DNA from: Eledone cirrhosa | Lineage: Eukaryota | Assembly (NCBI GenBank): GCA_964016885.1 | Contig: OZ024743.1 | Span: 204,848,001-204,912,000 of the forward strand | DNA: 64,000 nt | Direction of reading: 5' to 3' | Shown: positions 8,700 to 23,640 of the stretch, one piece after another | How the letters are laid out: every line of letters begins with the position of its first letter | Position numbering within the stretch: the first letter of the stretch is position 1 | Notes under the pieces: generated by a model | The model's input: only the letters and a program-made list of their open reading frames with translations | Databases searched by the model: none | What the model was told of the DNA's origin: nothing | Position numbers and translations under genes: made by a program

Positions 8700-9760
8700 T
8701 TTATTTTATTTTATTTTTTTTTTTATTTTTTTTTATTTTATTTTATTTTATTTTATTTTATTTTATTTTATTTTATTTTATTTTATTTTATTTTATTTTA
8801 TTTTATTTTATTGAGTTTTTAATTTAGTTTATAATTTAGTTTATAACTTAGTTTATAATTTAGTTTATTTCTCCCTCTTCTCCCCCTACTGTCCTCTACA
8901 GCCAGATCTGCCTTTCTTTACCCCTCCCAAGTCTCTTCCCTCTTCTCCCCCTACTGTCCTCTACAGCCTGATCTGCCTTTCTTTACCCCTCCCTAGTCTC
9001 TTCATTATTCAGTTTTGTTTTTATCTTTCTAAAACATCCTAGTTTTAATGAAATTAAAAGGAAATAGCAATCGCTATAAGTGTGCAAGCCAGCATGTAAC
9101 TTCATGTGTGTGTGTTTTTAATGGAGTTTTTAATTGAGTTTTAATGGAGTTTTAATTGAGTTTATAATGGAGATTTAAATGGAATTTTTAATTGAGTTTT
9201 AATGTAGTTTTAATGGTGTTTTATGCCGTTTTAATGGTATTTTAATGGGGTTTTTATTTGGTTTTTTATAAAGTTTTGGGTGCGCTTTTAATAGGGGTTT
9301 AATGGGTTTTCAGTGTAGTTTTTAATGACATTTTTAATGGTTTTCCAATGGAACCTTAGTGGTGTGTTAATGCAATTTTAATTGGTTTAATGGGCTTTTA
9401 ATTGTGTTTTTAATGGTGTTTTAATTGAGTTTTTAATTGCGTTTTTATTGAGGTTTTATTTCGGTTTAAATTTGAGGTTTTAATGTCTTTTCGAGGGGGG
9501 GGTTAATGGGTGTTTTAATGGAGTTTTAATGGGGACTTTTAATGGAAACTTTAATTTTGTTTTAATTGGGTTTTTATGGGTTTCCAATGTGGTTTTTAAT
9601 GGCGCTTTTATTGGCATTCTTAATGATGTTTTAATTGTGCTTTAATGGGGGGTTTGGTTGGGGTTTTAATGGAGTGTTTTATGAGCTTATAATGGGGTTT
9701 TTAATGGGTTTTTCAAAATAGATTTTTAATTGAATTTTTAATGTGGTTTTTAATGGGATT

Positions 9761-9794
<34 letters not shown>

Positions 9795-9837
9795 TAATAT
9801 ATAGTGTGTGTGTATATATATATATATAGTGTGTGCG

Positions 9838-9867
<30 letters not shown>

Positions 9868-9869
<2 letters not shown>

Positions 9870-10247
9870 ACACAAATATTCTTAGTAATTGAGGATGTGT
9901 TTTTTATACATACATATGCATATTGCATCCATACATACACACATACAAGCATATACATACACATACACACACATATATATACACACACTGTATATATATA
10001 CATACACACACACACATATATATATATACACCACACACTATATATATATATAGTGTGTGTGTGTATATATATATGTGTGTGTGTGTGTATGTATATATAT
10101 ATATACAGTGTGTGTATATATGTGTGTGTGTATGTCTATGTATATGCTTGTATGTGTGTATGTATGTATGTATGCAATATGCATATGTATGTATAAAAAC
10201 ACATCCTCAATGACTAAGAAATTATGTATATGCTAATATTTGTGTTA
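9868..10247. repeat. Foldback palindrome, copy 2 (16-bp deletion in left arm)
   Basis: The left arm reads 'taacacaaatatt^cttagtaattgagg'; the right arm is intact. Confidence 0.93.
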
Positions 10248-10443
10248 GTGTCTATATAAATGTATGTATGTAGTAGATGCAAGTGTTCGTGCAAATTGAA
10301 AATAGATTTAATAATTTTAATATCTAGAACAATGTGATCTAAAAAAAATATTTTTTAAGATACGAATATATCGTGGTCACCTTAATATGGCACTAACGCA
10401 AAATATAAATCCCAGTTTATATATAGTGTGTAACATGAAAGTG

Positions 10444-10484
<41 letters not shown>

Positions 10485-10647
10485 ATATATATATATATAT
10501 ATATATATTTAATATATATATATATATATATATATATTTAATATATATATATATATATATATATTTAATATATATATATATATATATATATATTTAATAT
10601 ATATATATATATATATATTATTTAATATATATATATATATATATATA

Positions 10648-10682
<35 letters not shown>

Positions 10683-10683
10683 A

Positions 10684-10721
<38 letters not shown>

Positions 10722-13700
10722 ATACACATATATATGTGTAAATATATATATACACATATATATGTGTAAATATATATATACACATATATATATACACATA
10801 TATATGTGTAAATATATATATATACATATATATGTATGTATATATATATATATATATAAACACCATTAAAAACTCCATTGAAAAGCTCATAAAAACTCAT
10901 TAAAAACCCAATAAAAAGCACACTAAACCACCATTAAAAGCTACATCCGAAACCCATTAAAAACTATATTAAAACACCATTAAAATTCCATTAAAAACCA
11001 CATTAAAATCCATTAAAAATCCAATTAAAAACAGTAAAAACTTAATTGTAAACGTAATCGAAAGCGCAAGTAAAACAACACTAAAACCATTTAACACCCC
11101 ATTAAAACCCACAAAAATACCACCAGAACCCATTAAAATCCCATAACCGCCATTAAAATTCCATTAAAAATATTATCAAAAACTTCATTTAAAACACACT
11201 GGAAACCCATTAAACTTCATAATTCTCGTTAAAAAAATCCATTAAAAACTCAATCAAAAACCCAATTAAAAGGCCATAAAAGAAACATTAAAACAGCATT
11301 TAAAATACCATTAAAAACGCCATAAAAAACATTAAAATCCCATTAAAAATACATTAAAGGCCCATTAAAAATTCCACTAAAAACCTCATTGAAAACCCCA
11401 TTTAAAACCTAATTAGAAGCTCATAAACACTCCCAAAACCCAATAAAAAACCATTAAAACGTCATTAAAACGTCATAAAACGCTATTAAAACGTCATTAA
11501 AAATGTCATTAAAAACTCCATTGATAACTCAATTAAAAACTGCATTTTACCCCCCTCCTCCCCCATTAAAAACACATTAAACACTCCATTAAAATTACCA
11601 TTAAAAACCAATTAAATACTCCATTAAACACTATATTAAAACCGCAATTATAAATTCTTTAAAAATCCAATTAAAAACCATATTATAAACTCCATTAAAA
11701 ATCCAATTAAAAACCCTACTGAAAATCCCATTATAAAATTACATAAAAAACCCATAATAATAGTCCTTTAAAAAACCAATTAAAAATCCTATTAAAACGC
11801 CATAAAAAACACCATTAAAACGTCATTAAAAATACAATTGAAAACACCATTAAAAAATACATTGCAAATTCCATTAAAAGACCCATTAAAAACTCCATTA
11901 AAAACATCACTAAAAAGCCCATTAAAAAGCTCATAAAACCCATTAAAATACAATTAATAACCAATTAACACTCCATTAAAAACCATTACAACCGTCATTA
12001 AAATGCCATAAAATACCATTAAAACGCCATTAAGAACGCCATTAAAATCGTCATTAAAAACCTCATTAAAAACTACATTAAAACTTCATTAAAAACTCCA
12101 TTAAAACCTCCATTATAAACTCTATTAAACTCCATTAAAAACTCAATTAAATCCCCCATTAAACCCCCATTAAGCCCCATTAAAAGCCCCTGAAAAATGC
12201 AACTAAAAACCAATTTTAAAACCCCATTAAAACACAATTAAAAGTCCATTGGAAATCCCCATTAAAATTCCATTAAAAATTCATTAAAAACTTAGTAAAA
12301 ACTCGATTTTATACTCAATTAAAAAGGTAATTGAAAACTCAATTAGCACACCATTAAAAACTCATTAAAAAGCCCATAAAAAATCTAATTGAAAAACATT
12401 AAAAATTCAGTTAAAAACCTGATTGAAAACCCCAATAAAAGTTCATTAAAAAAACTCCATTAAAAAATCAATCAAAACCCCATTAAAATAACATTGAAAC
12501 TTATCGAAGCGTCATTAAGGATACCATTAAAAAACACCATTAAAACGGCATTGAAAACCCATTATAAAAAATTAAAGGATCCGTAAAAAACACCATTATA
12601 AATCCATTAAAAACCTAATTGAAAAACCCATTAAAACTCAATTTTTAAACTAGATTAAAAACGCAATTAAAAACGCAATTAAAAGCTCAATGAAAAACCA
12701 TTAAAAACACCATTAAAAACTCTAAAAAAAAAGAGCACTAGCCATTAAAACTCCATTAAAACCCATTGAAACCTACTACCCCCATTAAACCCCATTAAAA
12801 TTGCATTAAACACATTACACATCCATTAAAGCCCATTAGAAGGACCATCAAATATTTAAATTTAAACTAAATCAGAAACTCGCTTAAAACACCATTAAAA
12901 ACACATTAAAATGTCACTAATACCATTAACAACCACACCAAAAACTCCATTAATATACCATTAAAAACCGCATTGAAAACCCATAAAATCCCAAGTAAAG
13001 ATCTTTTAAAAAACTACATTAAAAACCCAATTAAAAAACCCATTAAAACGCCATAAAAGTCATTAAAACGTCATTTAAAGTACCATTAAAAACGTCACTA
13101 GAAACCCAATTAAAAACACATTAAAAATTCCATTTGAAACCATATTAAAAATTTCATTAAATGCAATATTGAAAAACCCATTAAAAACACCAGTGAAAAC
13201 TCATATAAATACTCAATTAAAAAACCAATTAAAAATCCTATTTAAACGTCACTAAAACACCATAAAAAACACAATTAAAACGTCATTAAAACACCATTAA
13301 ACTATCATTAAAAATTACATTGAAAACACCATTAAAAAGTCAATTAAAACCCCATTAAAAATCCATTAAAAAAGATCATCATGAACGCACTTAAACACCA
13401 TCAAAAACGCATTAAAAATTAAATTAAAAAGCAATTAATTTTTTTTATCAAACCCCCATTAAAATTCCATTAAACACTCCATTAAAAACAACATTGAAAA
13501 CCCCCATTAAAAGCTCATACAAAATTATATTAAAAACCCAATAAAAACAATTACAACGCCATTAAAACATCATAAAAACTCATTAAAATGTCATTTAAAA
13601 TGCCATTAAAACCCTCACGGGGGGAAACGCAATTAAAAACACCATTAGAAATTTCATTAAAAACTCCATTAAAAATCATATTTAAAGTCAATTAGAACCC

Positions 13701-15804
13701 TTATTATAAATTCCATTAAAACCCATTAAGTATCCAATTGAAAAATCCATTAAGAGCTCATTAAAAATACTCCATTAAAAACCCAATTAAAAATCATTAA
13801 AACGCATTTAAACACCATAAAAACACAATTAAAACGCCATTAAAAAGACCATTAAAAACTCCATTAAAACATCCTTGAATCTATTAAAAATTTCATTAAA
13901 AACGCAATCAAAAATTCCATTAAAAACCCATTTAAAAACTCATAAACAACACCATTGAAAACCCAATTAAAAACTCCATAAAAAACCCATTAAACACCAT
14001 CGAAAATCACATTAAAATTCCATTAAAACACCATTAAAAAGCCATTAAAACCCAATTTTAAACGCAATTAAAAACTGAATTAAAACACTATTAAAAACTC
14101 ATAAAAAAGGCTCATAAATAATGGGGTTTTCAATTGTTTTTTATGAAATTTATAATATGGCTTTTAATGAACTTTTTAATGGGCTTTTAGTGGAGTTTTT
14201 AATGGATTTTTATGTAATTTTTAATGGCATTATTAATGGTTTTTAATTGGGCTTTTTGTGATGTTTTAATGGCGTTTTTATGACATTTTATTGTGTTTTG
14301 TGGCGTTTTAATGGCGTTTTAATTGGTTTGTTATTGGGTTTTTAATAGAGTTTTATGAACTTTTAATATGGGGTTAATGGGTTTTGAATGTGTTTTCAAT
14401 GGAACTTTTAATTGAGTTTTTAATGAAATTTCTAATGGGATGTGTAATTGAATTTTTAATTGGTTTTTAATGGGTTTAGTGGGTTTATAGTGGAGTTTTT
14501 AATGGTGTTTTAATGGTGCTTCGATTGAGTTTTTAATTGAGTTTTTAATTGAGTTTTTACTGAGTTTTTAATTGAGTTCTTATTTTATTTTATTTTATTT
14601 ATTTTTTATATTTAATTTTTTTTTATTTTTTTTTATTTTATTTTATTTTATTTTTATTTATTTTATTTTATTTTATTTTATTTTATTTTATTTCATTTAT
14701 TTTATTTTATTTTATTTATATTTTTTAGTTTTTTTTATTTTATTTTATTTATTTTTTTTTTATTTTATTTTATTTTTTTTTATTTTATTTTTTATTTTAT
14801 TTTATTTTATTTTATTTTATTTTATTTTATTTTATTTTATTTTATTTTATTTTATTGAGTTTTTAATTTAGTTTATAATTTAGTTTATAACTTAGTTTAT
14901 AATTTAGTTTATTTCTCCCTCTTCTCCCCCTACTGTCCTCTACAGCCAGATCTGCCTTTCTTTACCCCTCCCAAGTCTCTTCCCTCTTCTCCCCCTACTG
15001 TCCTCTACAGCCTGATCTGCCTTTCTTTACCCCTCCCTAGTCTCTTCATTATTCAGTTTTGTTTTTATCTTTCTAAAACATCCTAGTTTTAATGAAATTA
15101 AAAGGAAATAGCAATCGCTATAAGTGTGCAAGCCAGCATGTAACTTCATGTTTGTGTGTTTTTAATGGAGTTTTTAATTGAGTTTTAATGGAGTTTTAAT
15201 TGAGTTTATAATGGAGATTTAAATGGAATTTTTAATTGAGTTTTAATGTAGTTTTAATGGTGTTTTATGCCGTTTTAATGGTATTTTAATGGGGTTTTTA
15301 TTTGTTTTTTTATAAAGTTTTGGGTGCGCTTTTAATGGGGGTTTAATGGGTTTTCAGTGTAGTTTTTAATGACATTTTTAATGGTTTTCCAATGGAACCT
15401 TAGTGGTGTGTTAATGCAATTTTAATTGGTTTAATGGGCTTTTAATTGTGTTTTTAATGGTGTTTTAATTGGGTTTTTAATTGCGTTTTAATTGAGTTTT
15501 TATTTCGGTTTAAATTTGAGGTTTTAATGTCTTTTCGAGGGGGGGTTTAATGGGTGTTTTAATGGAGTTTTAATGGGGACTTTTAATGGAAACTTTAATT
15601 TTGTTTTAATTGGGTTTTTATGGGTTTCCAATGTGGTTTTTTATGGCGCTTTTATTGGCATTCTTAATGATGTTTTAATTGTGTTTTAATGGGGGGTTTG
15701 GTTGGGGTTTTAATGGAGTGTTTTATGAGCTTATAATGGGGTTTTTAATGGGTTTTTCAAAATAGATTTTTAATTGAATTTTTAATGTGGTTTTTAATGG
15801 GATT

Positions 15805-15863
<59 letters not shown>

Positions 15864-15926
15864 GTATGTGTGTATATATATATATATAGTGTGTATGTAT
15901 ATATATATATATATATAGTGTGTGCG

Positions 15927-15956
<30 letters not shown>

Positions 15957-15958
<2 letters not shown>

Positions 15959-16350
15959 ACAAATATTAGCATATACATATTTTCTTAGTAATTGAGGATG
16001 TGTTTTTTATACATACATATGCATATTGCATCCATACATACACACATACAAGCATATACATACACATACACACACATATATATACACACACTGTATATAT
16101 ATACATACACACACACACATATATATATATACACCACACACTATATATATATATAGTGTGTGTGTGTATATATATATGTGTGTGTGTGTGTATGTATATA
16201 TATATATACAGTGTGTGTATATATGTGTGTGTGTATGTCTATGTATATGCTTGTATGTGTGTATGTATGTATGTATGCAATATGCATATGTATGTATAAA
16301 AACACATCCTCAATGACTAAGAAATTATGTATATGCTAATATTTGTGTTA
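15957..16350. repeat. Foldback palindrome, copy 3
   Basis: Same arms; the left end lacks one AC ('taacaaatatt'). Confidence 0.93.
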
Positions 16351-16608
16351 GTGTCTATATAAATGTATGTATGTAGTATATGCAAGTGTTCGTGCAAATT
16401 GAAAATAGATTTAATAATTTTAATAATATCTAGAACAATGTGATCTAAAAAAAATATTTTTTAAGATACGAATATATCGTTGTCAGCTTAATATGGCACT
16501 AACGCAAAATATAAATCCCAGTTTATATATAGTGTGTAACATGAAAGTGGAATATATATATATATATATATATATTTAATATATATATATATATATATAT
16601 ATATTTAA

Positions 16609-16641
<33 letters not shown>

Positions 16642-19600
16642 TTAATACACATATATATGTGTAAATATATATATACACATATATATGTGTAAATATATAT
16701 ATACACATATATATATACACATATATATGTGTAAATATATATATATACATATATATGTATGTATATATATATATATATAAACACCATTAAAAACTCCATT
16801 GAAAAGCTCATAAAAACTCATTAAAAACCCAATAAAAAGCACACTAAACCACCATTAAAAGCTACATCCGAAACCCATTAAAAACTATATTAAACCACCA
16901 TTAAAATTCCATTAAAAACCACATTAAAATCCATTAAAAATCCAATTAAAAACAGTAAAAACTTAATTGTAAACGTAATCGAAAGCGCAAGTAAAACAAC
17001 ACTAAAACCATTTAACACCCCATTAAAACCCACAAAAATACCACCAGAACCCATTAAAATCCCATAACCGCCATTAAAATTCCATTAAAAATATTATCAA
17101 AAACTTCATTTAAAACACACTGGAAACCCATTAAACTTCATAATTCTCGTTAAAAAAAATCCATTAAAAACTCAATCAAAAACCCAATTAAAAGGCCATA
17201 AAAGAAACATTAAAACAGCATTTAAAATACCATTAAAAACGCCATAAAAAACATTAAAATCCCATTAAAAATACATTAAAGGCCCATTAAAAATTCCACT
17301 AAAAACCTCATTGAAAACCCCATTTAAAACCTAATTAGAAGCTCATAAAAACTCCCAAAACCCAATAAAAAACCATTAAAACGTCATTAAAACGTCATAA
17401 AACGCTATTAAAACGTCATTAAAAATGTCATTAAAAACTCCATTGATAACTCAATTAAAAACTGCATTTTACCCCCCTCCTCCCCCATTAAACACTCCAT
17501 TAAAATTACCATTAAAAACCAATTAAATACTCCATTAAACACTATATTAAAACCGCAATTATAAATTCTTTAAAAATCCAATTAAAAACCATATTATAAA
17601 CTCCATTAAAAATCCAATTAAAAACCCTACTGAAAATCCCATTATAAAATTACATAAAAAACCCATAATAATAGTCCTTTAAAAAACCAATTAAAAATCC
17701 TATTAAAACGCCATAAAAAACACCATTAAAACGTCATTAAAAATACAATTGAAAACACCATTAAAAAATACATTGCAAATTCCATTAAAAGACCCATTAA
17801 AAACTCCATTAAAAACATCACTAAAAAGCCCATTAAAAAGCTCATAAAACCCATTAAAATACAATTAATAACCAATTAACACTCCATTAAAAACCATTAC
17901 AACCGTCATTAAAATGCCATAAAATACCATTAAAACGCCATTAAGAACGCCATTAAAATCGTCATTAAAAACCTCATTAAAAACTACATTAAAACTTCAT
18001 TAAAAACTCCATTAAAACCTCCATTATAAACTCTATTAAACTCCATTAAAAACTCAATTAAATCCCCCATTAAACCCCCATTAAGCCCCATTAAAAGCCC
18101 CTGAAAAATGCAACTAAAAACCAATTTTAAAACCCCATTAAAACACAATTAAAAGTCCATTGGAAACCCCCATTAAAATTCCATTAAAAATTCATTAAAA
18201 ACTTAGTAAAAACTCGATTTTATACTCAATTAAAAAGGTAATTGAAAACTCAATTAGCACACCATTAAAAACTCATTAAAAAGCCCATAAAAACTCCATA
18301 AAAAATCTAATTGAAAAACATTAAAAATTCAGTTAAAAACCTGATTGAAAACCCCAATAAAAGTTCATTAAAAAAACTCCATTAAAAAATCAATCAAAAC
18401 CCCATTAAAATAACATTGAAACTTATCGAAGCGTCATTAAGGATACCATTAAAAAACACCATTAAAACGGCATTGAAAACCCATTATAAAAAATTAAAGG
18501 ATCCGTAAAAAACACCATTATAAATCCATTAAAAACCTAATTGAAAAACCCATTAAAATTCAATTTTTAAACTAGATTAAAAACGCAATTAAAAACGCAA
18601 TTAAAAGCTCAATGAAAAACCATTAAAAACACCATTAAAAACTCTAAAAAAAAGAGCACTAGCCATTAAAACTCCATTAAAACCCATTGAAACCTACTAC
18701 CCCCATTAAACCCCATTAAAATTGCATTAAACACATTACACATCCATTAAAGCCCATTAGAAGGACCATCAAATATTTAAATTTAAACTAAATCAGAAAC
18801 TCGCTTAAAACACCATTAAAAACACATTAAAATGTCACTAATACCATTAACAACCACACCAAAAACTCCATTAATATACCATTAAAAACCGCATTGAAAA
18901 CCCATAAAATCCCAAGTAAAGATCTTTTAAAAAACTACATTAAAAACCCAATTAAAAAACCCATTAAAACGCCATAAAAGTCATTAAAACGTCATTTAAA
19001 GTACCATTAAAAACGTCACTAGAAACCCAATTAAAAACACATTAAAAATTCCATTTGAAACCATATTAAAAATTTCATTAAATGCAATATTGAAAAACCC
19101 ATTAAAAACACCAGTGAAAACTCATATAAATACTCAATTAAAAAACCAATTAAAAATCCTATTTAAACGTCACTAAAACACCATAAAAAACACAATTAAA
19201 ACGTCATTAAAACACCATTAAACTATCATTAAAAATTACATTGAAAACACCATTAAAATTCAATTAAAACCCCATTAAAAATCCATTAAAAAGATCATCA
19301 TGAACGCACTTAAATACCATCAAAAACGCATTAAAAATTAAATTAAAAAGCAATTAATTTTTTTTATCAAACCCCCATTAAAATTCCATTAAACACTCCA
19401 TTAAAAACAACATTGAAAACCCCCATTAAAAGCTCATACAAAATTATATTAAAAACCCAATAAAAAACAATTACAACGCCATTAAAACATCATAAAAACT
19501 CATTAAAATGTCATTTAAAATGCCATTAAAACCCTCACGGGGGGAAACGCAATTAAAAACACCATTAGAAATTTCATTAAAAACTCCATTAAAAATCATA

Positions 19601-21614
19601 TTTAAAGTCAATTAGAACCCTTATTATAAATTCCATTAAAACCCATTAAGTATCCAATTGAAAAATCCATTAAGAGCTCATTAAAAATACTCCATTAAAA
19701 ACCCAATTAAAAATCATTAAAACGCATTTAAACACCATAAAAACACAATTAAAACGCCATTAAAAAGACCATTAAAAACTCCATTAAAACATCCTTGAAT
19801 CTATTAAAAATTTCATTAAAAACGCAATCAAAAATTCCATTAAAAACCCATTTAAAACTCATAAACAACACCATTGAAAACCCAATTAAAAACTCCATAA
19901 AAAACCCATTAAACACCATCGAAAATCACATTAAAATTCCATTAAAACACCATTAAAAAGCCATTAAAACCCAATTTTAAACGCAATTAAAAACTGAATT
20001 AAAACACTATTAAAAACTCATAAAAAAGGCTCATAAATAATGGGGTTTTCAATTGTTTTTTATGAAATTTATAATATGGCTTTTAATGAACTTTTTAATG
20101 GGCTTTTAGTGGAGTTTTTAATGGATTTTTATGGAATTTTTAATGACATTATTAATGGTTTTTTAATTGGGCTTTTTGTGATGTTTTAATGGCGTTTTTA
20201 TGACATTTTATTGTGTTTTGTGGCGTTTTAATGGCGTTTTAATTGGTTTGTTATTGGGTTTTTAATAGAGTTTTATGAACTTTTAATATGGGGTTAATGG
20301 GTTTTGAATGTGTTTTCAATGGAACTTTTAATTGAGTTTTTAATGAAATTTCTAATGGGATGTGTAATTGAATTTTTAATTGGTTTTTAATGGGTTTAGT
20401 GGGTTTATAGTGGAGTTTTTAATGGTGTTTTAATGGTGCTTCGATTGAGTTTTTAATTGAGTTTTTAATTGAGTTTTTACTGAGTTTTTAATTGAGTTCT
20501 TATTTTATTTTATTTTATTTATTTTTTATATTTAATTTTTTTTTATTTTTTTTTATTTTATTTTATTTTTATTTATTTTATTTTATTTTATTTTATTTTA
20601 TTTTATTTATTTTATTTTATTTTATTTATATTTTTTAGTTTTTTTTATTTTATTTTATTTTATTTTTTTTTATTTTATTTTATTTTATTTTATTTTATTT
20701 TATTTTATTTTATTTTATTTTATTTTATTTTTTAGTTTTTTTTATTTTATTTTATTTTATTTTATTTTATTTTATTTTATTTTATTTTATTTTATTTTAT
20801 TTTATTTTATTTTATTGAGTTTTTAATTTAGTTTATAATTTAGTTTATAACTTAGTTTATAATTTAGTTTATTTCTCCCTCTTCTCCCCCTACTGTCCTC
20901 TACAGCCAGATCTGCCTTTCTTTACCCCTCCCAAGTCTCTTCCCTCTTCTCCCCCTACTGTCCTCTACAGCCTGATCTGCCTTTCTTTACCCCTCCCTAG
21001 TCTCTTCATTATTCAGTTTTGTTTTTATCTTTCTAAAACATCCTAGTTTTAATGAAATTAAAAGGAAATAGCAATCGCTATAAGTGTGCAAGCCAGCATG
21101 TAACTTCATGTGTGTGTGTTTTTAATGGAGTTTTTAATTGAGTTTTAATGGAGTTTTAATTGAGTTTATAATGGAGATTTAAATGGAATTTTTAATTGAG
21201 TTTTAATGTAGTTTTAATGGTGTTTTATGCCGTTTTAATGGTATTTTAATGGGGTTTTTATTTGGTTTTTTATAAAGTTTTGGGTGCGCTTTTAATAGGG
21301 GTTTAATGGGTTTTCAGTGTAGTTTTTAATGACATTTTTAATGGTTTTCCAATGGAACCTTAGTGGTGTGTTAATGCAATTTTAATTGGTTTAATGGGCT
21401 TTTAATTGTGTTTTTAATGGTGTTTTAATTGAGTTTTTAATTGCGTTTTTATTGAGTTTTTATTTCGGTTTAAATTTGAGGTTTTAATGTCTTTTCGAGG
21501 GGGGGGTTTAATGGGGGTTTTAATGGAGTGTTTTATGAGCTTATAATGGGGTTTTTAATGGGTTTTTCAAAATAGATTTTTAATTGAATTTTTAATGTGG
21601 TTTTTAATGGGATT

Positions 21615-21648
<34 letters not shown>

Positions 21649-21722
21649 TATAATATATAGTGTGTGTGTATATATATATATATAGTGTGTATGTATATAT
21701 ATATATATATATAGTGTGTGCG

Positions 21723-21752
<30 letters not shown>

Positions 21753-21754
<2 letters not shown>

Positions 21755-22148
21755 ACACAAATATTAGCATATACATATTTTCTTAGTAATTGAGGATGTG
21801 TTTTTTATACATACATATGCATATTGCATCCATACATACACACATACAAGCATATACATACACATACACACACATATATATACACACACTGTATATATAT
21901 ACATACACACACACACATATATATATATACACCACACACTATATATATATATAGTGTGTGTGTGTATATATATATGTGTGTGTGTGTGTATGTATATATA
22001 TATATACAGTGTGTGTATATATGTGTGTGTGTATGTCTATGTATATGCTTGTATGTGTGTATGTATGTATGTATGCAATATGCATATGTATGTATAAAAA
22101 CACATCCTCAATGACTAAGAAATTATGTATATGCTAATATTTGTGTTA
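21753..22148. repeat. Foldback palindrome, copy 4 (396 bp)
   Basis: taacacaaatatt...aatatttgtgtta. Confidence 0.95.
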
Positions 22149-22347
22149 GTGTCTATATAAATGTATGTATGTAGTATATGCAAGTGTTCGTGCAAATTGA
22201 AAATAGATTTAATAATTTTAATAATATCTAGAACAATGTGATCTAAAAAAAATATTTTTTAAGATACGAATATATCGTTGTCAGCTTAATATGGCACTAA
22301 CGCAAAATATAAATCCCAGTTTATATATAGTGTGTAACATGAAAGTG

Positions 22348-22404
<57 letters not shown>

Positions 22405-22552
22405 ATATATATATATATATATATTTAATATATATATATATATATATATATATTTAATATATATATATATATATATTTAATATATATATATATATATATA
22501 TTTAATATATATATATATATATATTTAATATATATATATATATATATATATA

Positions 22553-22589
<37 letters not shown>

Positions 22590-22590
22590 A

Positions 22591-22621
<31 letters not shown>

Positions 22622-23160
22622 TTAATACACATATATATGTGTAAATATATATATACACATATATATGTGTAAATATATATATACACATATATATATACAC
22701 ATATATATGTGTAAATATATATATATACATATATATATACACATATATATGTGTAAATATATATATATACATATATATGTATGTATATATATATATATAT
22801 AAACACCATTAAAAACTCCATTGAAAAGCTCATAAAAACTCATTAAAAACCCAATAAAAAGCACACTAAACCACCATTAAAAGCTACATCCGAAACCCAT
22901 TAAAAACTATATTAAAACACCATTAAAATTCCATTAAAAACCACATTAAAATCCATTAAAAATCCAATTAAAAACAGTAAAAACTTAATTGTAAACGTAA
23001 TCGAAAGCGCAAGTAAAACAACATTAAAACCATTTAACACCCCATTAAAACCCACAAAAATACCACCAGAACCCATTAAAATCCCATAAGCGCCATTAAA
23101 ATTCCATTAAAAATATTATCAAAAACTTCATTTAAAACACACTGGAAACCCATTAAACTT

Positions 23161-23640
23161 CATTAAAAAATCCATTAAAAAAATCCATTAAAAAAAAATC
23201 CATTAAAAAAAATCCATTAAAAAAAATCCATAAAAAAAGTCCATTAAAAAAAATCCATTAAAAAAATCCGTTAAAAAAAATCCATTAAAAACTCAATCAA
23301 AAACCCAATTAAAAGGCCATAAAAGAAACATTAAAACACCATTTAAAAAGCCCATTAAAAAACCATTAAAAAATCCATTTAAAAAAATCCATTAAAAAAT
23401 CCATTAAAAATCCATTAAAAATCCATTAAAAATCCATTAAAAATCCATTAAAAATCCATTAAAAATCCATTAAAAATCCATTAAAAATCCATTAAATAAT
23501 CCATTTAAAAAATACATTAAAAAAATCCATTAAAAAAATCCATTTAAAAAATCCATTAAAAAAAATCCATTAAAAAAATCCATTAAAAAAAATCCATTAA
23601 AAAAAATTCATTAAAAAAAATCCATTAAAAAAAAATCCGT
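23161..23640 (+). repeat. Copy-specific homogeneous expansion of TCCATTA(5-8), including 8 perfect CCATTAAAAAT units at 23401-23488
   Basis: Absent from all other monomers, where 'cttcataattctcgttaaaa' occupies this position. Confidence 0.85.

Noticed and set aside
8640-8730. Long poly-T runs replacing TTTTA in copy 2 (also ~50870 and ~57025)
   Set aside because: Most likely a homopolymer consensus error or trivial decay; it cannot be interpreted without reads.
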